A stretch of DNA of 32,000 nt from Candidatus Saccharimonadota bacterium (GCA_016699265.1 CP064967.1:720001-752000), one strand, 5' to 3'; shown: positions 17,002 through 24,588, counted from the first letter of the stretch. Notes: generated from the sequence alone by a model not told the origin. Translations and numbers: made by a program.

Positions 17002-18189
17002 ATGAAGAAGCTCATTTTATATACCGGTCTAACGCTCGCTTTACTGATATCTTTTTTTACAGTATCACACATAGTTAAGGCGCAAAGCTGTGGCAACGAA
17101 GCGGACTGTAAAAAACTTATTAGTGAGTACGAACAAAAGCTAGTAGGAATTCGCGATCAAAAAAACACTCTTTCCTCGCAGATTGAGTTTGCAGATACTC
17201 AAATCTACCTCACCACACTTCGCATTCAGGACACGGAACGTAAGATTTCCCAAACGGCGGACGAGGTAGAAAGTCTTAAAGGAAGAATTGTTACCCTTAA
17301 CTCATCTCTCGATTATCTAAGCAAATTGCTACTTGAGAAAATTGTCGAAAGCTATAAACGAAGAGAGCCTCCCTTTCTGGCTGTATTTATAGATCCTGAC
17401 AACGCATCGACCATGATTAATCGCCTTAAGTATGCAAAGGTTGCTGAGGAAAATGATCGCAAGCTTGCTTTTCAGGTCCAACAAGCTAAACTCAACTTCG
17501 AACAACAAAAGGATCTTAGAGAAGACAAGCAGATTGAGCTGGCTAAGCTAAGTGACGCACTTGAAGGGCAAAAAATTGCCTTAAATGGACAGAAAGCACA
17601 GAAACAGAAACTTCTGACAGATACCCAAAGCGATGAGTTTACATATCAAAGGCTACTCGCTCAAGCACAGGCTCAGTTAAGTGGCTTTAGGTCGTTCGTT
17701 CAGACATCTGGAGCTAGCTCAGTAATTGGCGCCAACTCTTTGGGAAACGGGTCTGATGGAAACTACTACTCACAGCGAGACGAGAGATGGGCAAATAGAA
17801 CTATGGGTTATTCATCAGAAAACGTTCTTAATGTAGGATGTTTGATTACCTCTACCGCAATGGTCGCCAAAAAATACGGCGATGGTTCAACTCCTGGAGA
17901 CTTGGCCGCAGATGCAAACAGATTTTATGGAAATACAGCGTACGTTACGCTACCTTGGAGGAGTGTTGGCGGAAGATCGTATACACCCGTATCTAACATT
18001 GATCAGGAACTTCAAAATGGCAACTATGTGATTGTTGGAGTAGGCGGATGTGGTAGTGGTGGAAGCCATTTTGTTGTACTTACCAAGAAAGACGGTGATT
18101 CGTATATAATGCATGATCCGATTTATGGTCCGGATAAGAAATTTAGCGACTACTACTCCAATATCTGCTCGTCAGCAACCTTCAAATAG
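17002..18189 (+). CDS. secreted coiled-coil protein with C-terminal C39-like (papain-fold) cysteine peptidase domain; candidate FtsEX-associated cell-wall hydrolase
   Basis: 395 aa. Signal peptide MKKLILYTGLTLALLISFFTVSHIVKA. About 200 aa of heptad-rich Q/K/E/L sequence. C-terminal YYSQRDERWAN...VGCLITSTAMV...GGSHFVVL...IMHDP gives a Q, C, H, D order as in Peptidase_C39_2-type domains. It lies immediately downstream of ftsEX. Confidence 0.65.
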   Translation: MKKLILYTGLTLALLISFFTVSHIVKAQSCGNEADCKKLISEYEQKLVGIRDQKNTLSSQIEFADTQIYLTTLRIQDTERKISQTADEVESLKGRIVTLNSSLDYLSKLLLEKIVESYKRREPPFLAVFIDPDNASTMINRLKYAKVAEENDRKLAFQVQQAKLNFEQQKDLREDKQIELAKLSDALEGQKIALNGQKAQKQKLLTDTQSDEFTYQRLLAQAQAQLSGFRSFVQTSGASSVIGANSLGNGSDGNYYSQRDERWANRTMGYSSENVLNVGCLITSTAMVAKKYGDGSTPGDLAADANRFYGNTAYVTLPWRSVGGRSYTPVSNIDQELQNGNYVIVGVGGCGSGGSHFVVLTKKDGDSYIMHDPIYGPDKKFSDYYSNICSSATFK

Positions 18190-18216
18190 CTATTTTTGTA
18201 GCATATAATCCATCGA

Positions 18217-18251
18217 CAACGTATCTCGTATAACGTATAAGGTATTTCGTA
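18217..18251. repeat. five 7-nt units NNNCGTA running into the radC start codon
   Basis: CAACGTA TCTCGTA TAACGTA TAAGGTA TTTCGTA, then TG of the ATG. It shares the 12-mer CGTATAACGTAT with 11373-11384. A TATAAT lies at 18204-18209. Confidence 0.8.
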
Positions 18252-18914
18252 TGCGAATTAAGGACTTACCTAATGTTGATCGGCCTAGAGAGAAGCTTAT
18301 GCGCTATAAAAGCGCCAGTCGTTTGAAGACAGAGGAACTTTTCGCCATCATACTTGGCACAGGAAGAAAGGGTGAGAATGTTCTCACGCTTGCCAAACGC
18401 GTATGTACTGCCCTTTCACATCGCGTAGGTGAAAAGGGGCTATTTGCAGATCTTATAAAGATAAGGGGATGGGCAATACAAAGGTAATGCAGATTTTATC
18501 CGTAATCGAACTGGGGGAACGACTTCATGACAAAATAGAGCAAAAGAGATACTCTCACCATCCGATATTTGGAAGGACATGCTCTCAACGCACATGACCA
18601 AAAAAGAACCCTTCTATGTCTACTACCTAGACACGAGAAATAGCATAATCAAAAAAGAGCTCGTCTCACTCGGATCTTTGAACGCAAGCATCGTTCATCC
18701 ACGAGAAGTGTTTGAACCAGCCATTCGCCATCTATGTGCACATATTATTCTTAGTCACAACCATCCATCGGGAGACTCTACCCCATCAGAGGCAGATATC
18801 CTTGTGACCAAGAAGCTTCAAAATGCCGGAAAAATCTTAGATATTGAGGTCCTTGACCATGTCGTAGTCTGCGAAAAAGACTTCACAAGCATGAAAGAGA
18901 AGGGACTCATGTGA
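18251..18914 (+). pseudogene. radC: RadC-family JAB/MPN-domain protein interrupted by two 1-nt frameshifts
   Basis: N-terminal part (18251-18487) is MRIKDLPNVDRPREKLM...EELFAIILGTGRKGENVLTLAKRV. The middle segment reads KGMGNTKVMQILSVIELGERL only in the -1 frame. The C-terminal part (frame of 18579-18914) has the JAMM motif HNHPSGDSTPSEADI. The shifts fall near the G4 run around 18465-18468 and the A-runs around 18532-18545. Confidence 0.8.
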
Positions 18915-18917
18915 TAT

Positions 18918-18978
18918 GTCGAAAGTCCGTAACGTCTGTAAAGTCGTAAAGTCAAAAAAAACAATAAGTCTTAAAGTC
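18918..18978. repeat. 8-nt-phased GTC-word array (GTCGAAA GTCCGTAAC GTCTGTAAA GTCGTAAA GTC ... GTCTTAAA GTC)
   Basis: Read directly. The 20-mer GTCTGTAAAGTCGTAAAGTC (18934-18953) recurs exactly at 21428-21447. Confidence 0.85.
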
Positions 18979-18985
18979 AAAAAAT

Positions 18986-19330
18986 ATGAAAATAAATACA
19001 TTTGAAGAAATCCGTTCCTGGCAGAAAGCTAGAGAATTAGTTCGACTAATTTACAAGCTATTCAAAGATTCGAAAGATTATTCGTTTAAAGATCAGATTC
19101 AACGAGCCTCAATTTCTATTATGAATAATATAGCTGAAGGATTTGAAAGACGTGGAGATAAAGAATTGTCGCATTTTCTATTCATTGCTAAAGGCTCGAG
19201 TGCTGAAGTGAAATCAATGTCCTATTTAGCTTTGGACTTAGGATGTATTTCTAAAAAGGAGTTTGAAACCATTAGCATACTGACAACCGAAATTTCCAGA
19301 TTGCTGTCCGCCTTCATAAAGACGCTGTAG
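18986..19330 (+). CDS. four-helix-bundle protein (23S rRNA intervening-sequence protein / Avd-like family)
   Basis: 114 aa. IRSWQKARELVRLIYKLF...SFKDQIQRASISIMNNIAEGFERRGDKELSHFLFIAKGSSAEVKSMSYLA matches the conserved pattern of this family (PF05635/TIGR02436-type), judged from memory. Confidence 0.85.
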   Translation: MKINTFEEIRSWQKARELVRLIYKLFKDSKDYSFKDQIQRASISIMNNIAEGFERRGDKELSHFLFIAKGSSAEVKSMSYLALDLGCISKKEFETISILTTEISRLLSAFIKTL

Positions 19331-19350
19331 AGTCTGTCCCCAACCTTAAT

Positions 19351-19396
19351 GACCTTGTCTCTGACCTTATAGACCTTATAGACTTTATGGACACAA
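19351..19396. repeat. GACCTT/GACTTT word array ending in TTATAGACTTTATGGACACA
   Basis: GACCTTGTCTCT GACCTTATA GACCTTATA GACTTTATG GACACA. The 17-mer TTATAGACTTTATGGAC (19376-19392) recurs at 21472-21488. Confidence 0.85.
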
Positions 19397-20043
19397 AGGG
19401 TGGTAACATTAACGACATGGAAAAGAGGAAGAGGTTAGCTACTCTAATCAATAAGGAACTGGCTGAGTTATTTCCCGATGCCAAATGTGCCCTAAATTAC
19501 TCCAATCCATGGGAGTTGTTGGTCTCCGTTATACTTTCAGCTCAGTGCACCGATAAGAAGGTTAACGAGGTAACTGTGAAGTTATTTAATAAGTACAAAA
19601 GAATCACTGACTATGCAAATGCCAATCCTGTGGAGTTCGAAAAATACATCTTCTCTACCGGTTTCTATCGCGCAAAGACTAAAAATATATTAGCTGCCGC
19701 TAAAATTGTTCAGCAAAAGTTTGATGGCAAAGTTCCACGAACCATGGAGGAGTTACTCACTATTCCCGGGGTCGCCAGAAAAACAGCAAATGTCGTACTT
19801 GGTAACGCATATGGTGTTGTTGTTGGTATAGCGGTTGATACACACGTAATCCGACTTACTCGGCTACTAAGTCTCACTAAGGAATCTAATCCAGTTAAGA
19901 TCGAGAAAGATCTTATGAAGCTATTGCCGCAATCTGAGTGGTTCAATTTTACCAATCGCCTCATTATGTACGGTAGAACATATTGTAAAGCAGTAAAACA
20001 CGACCATCAAAACTGTCCGCTCACTTTAAGGTTTAAGGCTTAA
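19387..20043 (+). CDS. nth: endonuclease III-family DNA glycosylase/AP lyase
   Basis: 218 aa. LLVSVILSAQCTDKKVNEVT, HhH-GPD LLTIPGVARKTANVVLGNAYG, VDTHV. The first ATG lies inside the repeat, so an alternative start at ATG 19417 is possible. The C-terminal Fe-S cysteine set is incomplete. Confidence 0.88.
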   Translation: MDTKGGNINDMEKRKRLATLINKELAELFPDAKCALNYSNPWELLVSVILSAQCTDKKVNEVTVKLFNKYKRITDYANANPVEFEKYIFSTGFYRAKTKNILAAAKIVQQKFDGKVPRTMEELLTIPGVARKTANVVLGNAYGVVVGIAVDTHVIRLTRLLSLTKESNPVKIEKDLMKLLPQSEWFNFTNRLIMYGRTYCKAVKHDHQNCPLTLRFKA

Positions 20044-20747
20044 GAATAGTCCATATATTCATATCATTGAATTCTTTCACTACAAAGTAATTTTTTATAT
20101 ACATTTAGACAAGACTCATCATTATCTTAGCCAAGACAAGCAAATACATAACATAAAAACTTAGAATGTGTAATTCTTTCAGAATAATTTTATTTTAGAT
20201 AAGAAATAAATCGGCGTATGGTGACTATTCAAATTCTCATATTCTTACCTTACTTTATTGAGCCGTTATGTACGAATGTAATATAGATTGATATAGTTGA
20301 TTAAGGCTAAGGCACAGATTGCCTAGTGGCTCCAAACTTAACGTACTCTACCGCTAGCGGTCTAGGCACGACTTTGATAGTTCGAATCTCAGATTCGTAG
20401 CTATGTTTTTCAAAACTTAGAGCCAAAATTTTCAACCTATAAGTAATTTTTTTAAGTTTAAAGAATCATGAACTTAGTTTTACTCTATTACGACATTTTG
20501 ATGCCGATCTTTAATAAGATATAACTTAAAATTTCTGTAATATCTCTATTTAATATTTACCTTTAAAAGACACTGTTGCTAAGCCTCATTCTTGACCGAC
20601 GATTACAGGTTTCCCTCGCAGTGACAGATAGACCGACTGCATGACGGAAGCAAAAAAGGCATCAGTGTTCGTAATGAGAATGACGTTCAACCAAGTATGA
20701 ATAGGAGCCCAAAAAAAATAAGAAGTTTCGCCCATGAAGATCAAAAT

Positions 20748-20765
20748 AGTGAACGAAAGTTCACT
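20748..20765 (-). terminator. 7-bp hairpin AGTGAAC-GAAA-GTTCACT, 12 nt past the stop of the phosphoesterase gene
   Basis: Perfect stem read directly. On the minus strand it is followed by ATTTTGATCTTC, which is moderately U-rich. Confidence 0.5.
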
Positions 20766-20776
20766 TTACAAATGGA

Positions 20777-21415
20777 TCAATATCTCTTCTCCACTGCGGT
20801 TACGTTTCCATCCTCAATAAAGAGGTACTGGGCATATCCGTAGTGTATAAATCCTTCATTAAGATATCGGTTTTCAAGATCAACTTCCGCAAAATGCGTG
20901 TGACCAGTAATCAAGTACTTATCATCCTTTATTATGGTAGGGATCTTTTTTTTGATGTAATTATTAAAGCGTTTATATGCGAGTCTAATGAAAAGCTTAC
21001 CGAAGATTTTCAGTACAATACCTTCGACGAACTCAAGAATAATACGGACTCGAGCAGAAACATCAGGAAACACAACTATACGATTTCCATGCATTATATG
21101 GAAGGTCTTAGTTCCAGACTTAAAGACGAATTCCTCCTCTTGATAGTCAGAAAAAAGATCCATACGTTTATCCGCCAACCTTCGTGGATCGTGATTTCCA
21201 AACAGATAAACTGCTTTTTTGCTCTTTAACAGAGGAAATAATTCCTTTGCCCAACGTGAACTAACAAAATTATGAAAAGTACCAGCATATCCTTCCCAAA
21301 AATCACCATTAATGATGACCTTATCAACCTGCTTAATCGCATCTTTAAGAATGGCAAATTTTTTAGGCTCGAAGGTTGGAGTAAGGTGAGTGTCGGAGAA
21401 TATTAAATAGCGCAT
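20777..21415 (-). CDS. calcineurin-like metallophosphoesterase (LpxH/YfcE-like fold)
   Basis: 212 aa with the ordered motifs FSDTHL, NGDFWEG, GNHD, HGN and GHTH. Confidence 0.8.
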   Translation of the reverse strand: MRYLIFSDTHLTPTFEPKKFAILKDAIKQVDKVIINGDFWEGYAGTFHNFVSSRWAKELFPLLKSKKAVYLFGNHDPRRLADKRMDLFSDYQEEEFVFKSGTKTFHIMHGNRIVVFPDVSARVRIILEFVEGIVLKIFGKLFIRLAYKRFNNYIKKKIPTIIKDDKYLITGHTHFAEVDLENRYLNEGFIHYGYAQYLFIEDGNVTAVEKRY

Positions 21416-21420
21416 GTTTA

Positions 21421-21500
21421 GTCAAAGGTCTGTAAAGTCGTAAAGTCCTTAAAGTCCAGAACCTTTTGACATTATAGACTTTATGGACCTTATGGACACA
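21421..21500. repeat. composite spacer in which the GTC-word block and the TTATAGAC/TTATGGAC block lie directly side by side
   Basis: GTCAAAG GTCTGTAAA GTCGTAAA GTCCTTAAA GTCCAGAACCTTTTGACATTATAGACTTTATGGACCTTATGGACACA. The minus strand carries a perfect TATAAT (21471-21476), 55 nt upstream of ATG 21415. Confidence 0.85.
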
Positions 21501-21505
21501 TCGCC

Positions 21506-23598
21506 TTATTTTTCCTGCATTGCCTTTACGATGTTCTGAGGAACTTCTTCATAGTGTGAAGGCTCCATATATGGAATTCCTCGTCCTTCCGTTAAGGAAC
21601 GTAGTGTTGTTACATATCCTGAAAGTTCCGCGAGTGGCGCATATGCTTTAATGACAGTAGCCTTACCTTTTTATCGGTTCCCAAGATCTTTCCTCTTTTA
21701 CTTGAAAGATCACCAATGACAGTTCCCATAAATTCGTCAGGGACAGTTACCTCCATCTTCATGATGGGTTCAAGTAGTGAGATTCCGGCTTTCTTTGCAC
21801 CATCTTGAAGCGCCATTGACCCGGCAATCTTAAACGCAATATCAGATGAATCAACGTCATGATAGCTTCCGTCATAGAGAGTAACCTGAAGATCAACCAT
21901 AGGATATCCTAGAAGAACTCCCTTTTCCATTGCTTCGATAATTCCCTTTTCAATTGGCGGTATATACTCTGCTGGAATCGAACCTCCTTTAATTCCGTTG
22001 ATGAACTTAAATCCTTCTCCACGTCCAAGCGGCATTAATCTAATCAAACAGTGACCATACTGACCGCGTCCTCCGCTTTGCTTGATGTACTTTGCCTCAG
22101 CATCCGCTTCCTTTGAGATAGTTTCTTTGTATGCAACCTGAGGCTTACCTACGTTCGCGTCCATTCCCATCTCGGTTCTCATTCTATCTACCAAAATCTC
22201 AAGATGTAGCTCTCCCATTCCTGACATAATTGTCTGACCAGTTTCGTGGTTTATCTTCACTCGGAAGGTTGGATCCTCATCAGAAAGTCTTTGAAGAGCA
22301 AAGGCTAATTTTTCCTGATCTGCCTTGGTCTTTGGTTCAATTGCTAGTGAGATGACTGGCTCTGCGAAAGTAATCTTTTCGAGTAAAACTGGGCTTTCCT
22401 TTTGCGTAAGGGTGTCTCCTGTGACAACTTCCTTTGGTCCAACTAAGGCAACAATTTCTCCTGAGTAGGCCTTATCGATCTCCTCTCTTTGATTTGCATG
22501 CATTAACATGAGTCGACTTACTCTCTCCTGTTTTCCTTTGTTCACATCATAAACGTTTGCGCCAGCCTCTAACGTACCTGAGTAAATTCTTGCATAGGTA
22601 ATTTTTCCAACGTGTGGATCAAGCTGAATCTTGAATGCTAAAGCAGAAAACTTCTCATCAGATGTAAGTTTACGAATTTCTGTTTCTCCAGTTCTTGGAT
22701 TTATGCCCTCTACCTGCTTCAGATCCATTGGAGAAGGAAGATAGTCGACAATTGCGTCTAAAACTGGTTGTACGCCTTTGTTTCGTAGTGAGGTTCCACA
22801 GTATACCGGAATTAATTTATATCCAATTACCGCTGCTCGAAGAGCTTTTTTAACCTCTTCCACAGTAATGTCTTTACCATTGAGAAACTTATCAAGTAAG
22901 GCATCGTCTGTCTCAGCAACCTTCTCTATCAATTTTGCTCTCCATTTTTCTACAGTCTCCTTATATTCCTCGGGAATTTCGGTTGTCGTGTACTCTACTC
23001 CTTGTTTATCTTTGTCCCAGATCATTGCCTTTCTGGACAAAAGATCCATAACTCCCTTAAAATCATCTTCCTTGCCAATTGGATAAACCATTACGACAGG
23101 GTTCGCACCTAAACGATCCTCAATCTCCTGTGTCGTACCTTCAAAATTAGCACCGAGTTTGTCCATCTTGTTAATGAAACAAATACGTGGAACCTTGTAT
23201 TTATCTGCCTGTCGCCAAACTGTTTCGGACTGACTTTGCACTCCTTCTTCTGCGTCAAAAACTATGACTCCCCCATCAAGTACGCGAAGGGATCGCTCAA
23301 CCTCAGCGGTAAAATCTACGTGTCCTGGAGTATCAATGATGTTGATGCGAACGTCACCCCAAAATGTGGTGGTTGCGGCAGAAACGATGGTAATACCTCT
23401 TTCTCTTTCCTGAGGCATCCAGTCCATCTGAGTATCTCCGTCGTCAATGTCTCCGATTTTATATGATCGGCCGGTATAAAAAAGAATACGCTCCGTAGTT
23501 GTTGTTTTTCCGGAGTCGATATGCGCAATGATTCCGACGTTTCGGATTTTATCTAATGCGACGTTTCTGTCTTTTGTAATTAAATTATTCTGTGCCAT
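21506..23598 (-). CDS. fusA: translation elongation factor G, reading frame broken at a homopolymer
   Basis: AHIDSGKTT, DTPGH and NKMD motifs. The ORF track ends at 21610 with an unnatural tail (VRLLSLKHMRHSRNFQDM). The -1 frame from the T5 run at 21668-21672 encodes the canonical C-terminus GKATVIKAYAPLAELSGYVTTLRSLTEGRGIPYMEPSHYEEVPQNIVKAMQEK, with its stop at 21506-21508. Confidence 0.9.
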
Positions 23599-23649
23599 AG
23601 TTAGTACGCGAATCTTGTATCGCGAAACATGTATCTCAAGAAAGACTTG

Positions 23650-23677
23650 CGTTACACGTTACACGTTACACGTTCTA
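23650..23677. repeat. tandem heptamers CGTTACA x3 plus CGTTCTA in the rpsG-fusA spacer
   Basis: Read directly. It lies between two co-oriented genes of the str operon, so it is probably part of the mRNA. Confidence 0.85.
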
Positions 23678-23683
23678 CGAGGA

Positions 23684-24157
23684 TTACCACTTGAGGTGGG
23701 CGAATGCCTTATTTGCCTCTGCAAGTTTCTCTGTCTGAGCTCTCTTGTTCACTGCATTACCAGTATTTTGTGCTGCTTCTGATAATTCTACATGAAGCTT
23801 GTTTGCAAATGTTTTGAACTCTTTATTCGATCGTGTTTTTGCTGCGTCAATAATCCAGTTTAGCGCAAGAAATAGCTTTCTCTGTCGTCTCACCTCAACA
23901 GGAACAAGGTAGGATGCTCCTCCAAGTCTTCGTGGCTTGACCTCGAAGTTTGGCGCAACATTCGCAACTGCCTGATGAAGAATCTGAACTGGATCTTTTT
24001 GATCAGCGGTAAAACGAGCAAATACTTCGTGAACAATCTTCTGAGCAACACTTTTTTTACCATCAAGCATGATGTAGTTTACAAGCTTGGCGACCTCATG
24101 ACTTTTGTGAAGTGCATCTGGTCTAATTGGTTGTTTTTTATAGTTACCTCTTGGCAT
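23684..24157 (-). CDS. rpsG: 30S ribosomal protein S7
   Basis: 157 aa. KSVAQKIVHEVF...NVAPNFEVKPRRLGGASYLVPVEV and the conserved C-terminal AFAHLKW. Confidence 0.95.
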   Translation of the reverse strand: MPRGNYKKQPIRPDALHKSHEVAKLVNYIMLDGKKSVAQKIVHEVFARFTADQKDPVQILHQAVANVAPNFEVKPRRLGGASYLVPVEVRRQRKLFLALNWIIDAAKTRSNKEFKTFANKLHVELSEAAQNTGNAVNKRAQTEKLAEANKAFAHLKW

Positions 24158-24171
24158 TTTAGTAGTTTAAA

Positions 24172-24588
24172 TTAGGCATTCTTTTCCATCTTGGTTCCGT
24201 ACTTAGAACGAGATGTTTTTCTTCCATCAACACCACCAGTATCGAACTTGCCTCGGACAATGTGGTACTTCACACCTGGAAGATCCTTTACGCGTCCTCC
24301 ACGAACCAAAACGATTGAGTGCTCAGCGAGATTGTGACCAATTCCCTGAATATATGCAGTTACCTCCATCTTGTTAGATAGGCGTACACGCGCAACCTTT
24401 CTTAAGGCTGAGTTTGGTTTTTTAGGAGTCATCGTTCGGACAACGGTACAAACTCCACGCTTTTGAGGAGAGTTATGAGCGACGTATCTTCTTTCAAGAG
24501 AATTGAAGTTTGACTTCAATGCAGCAGCACGAGATTTCTTAACTCGTCTTAGTCTCTTGTGCTTGATCAGCTGGTTGATTGTTGGCAT
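24172..24588 (-). CDS. rpsL: 30S ribosomal protein S12
   Basis: 138 aa. MPTINQLIK..., [36 protein letters not shown]. Confidence 0.95.
   Translation of the reverse strand: MPTINQLIKHKRLRRVKKSRAAALKSNFNSLERRYVAHNSPQKRGVCTVVRTMTPKKPNSALRKVARVRLSNKMEVTAYIQGIGHNLAEHSIVLVRGGRVKDLPGVKYHIVRGKFDTGGVDGRKTSRSKYGTKMEKNA

Noticed and set aside
18921-18928. GAAAGTCC, which resembles the RNase P RNA CR-I motif
   Set aside because: It is just one of the phased GTC words of the spacer. None of the other RNase P conserved regions is nearby, and the spacer is only about 70 nt.
18986-19330. The four-helix-bundle ORF as part of a diversity-generating retroelement
   Set aside because: No reverse transcriptase ORF and no template/variable repeat pair with adenine-specific differences is visible anywhere in the window.
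20380-20388. GTTCGAATC, a perfect tRNA/tmRNA T-loop-like motif in the gene-free gap
   Set aside because: The flanking bases cannot form a 5-bp T-stem (GATAG versus CTCAG). No D-arm, anticodon arm or usable acceptor stem could be drawn on either strand. The motif instead belongs to the simple hairpin CGAATC-TCA-GATTCG.
20044-20776. The AT-rich gap as a replication origin, or as tmRNA, SRP RNA or RNase P RNA
   Set aside because: No TTATCCACA-type DnaA boxes were seen and no dnaA/dnaN are nearby. No tag-peptide reading frame with an Ala-rich end was found. There is no GGAA-tetraloop SRP helix-8 pattern and no GAGGAAAGTCC motif on either strand.
22778-23782. ORFs overlapping fusA and rpsG (22778-23086, 23236-23466, 23316-23528, 23528-23782)
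   Set aside because: They are shadow ORFs within, or antisense to, conserved genes, and no family resemblance was seen.
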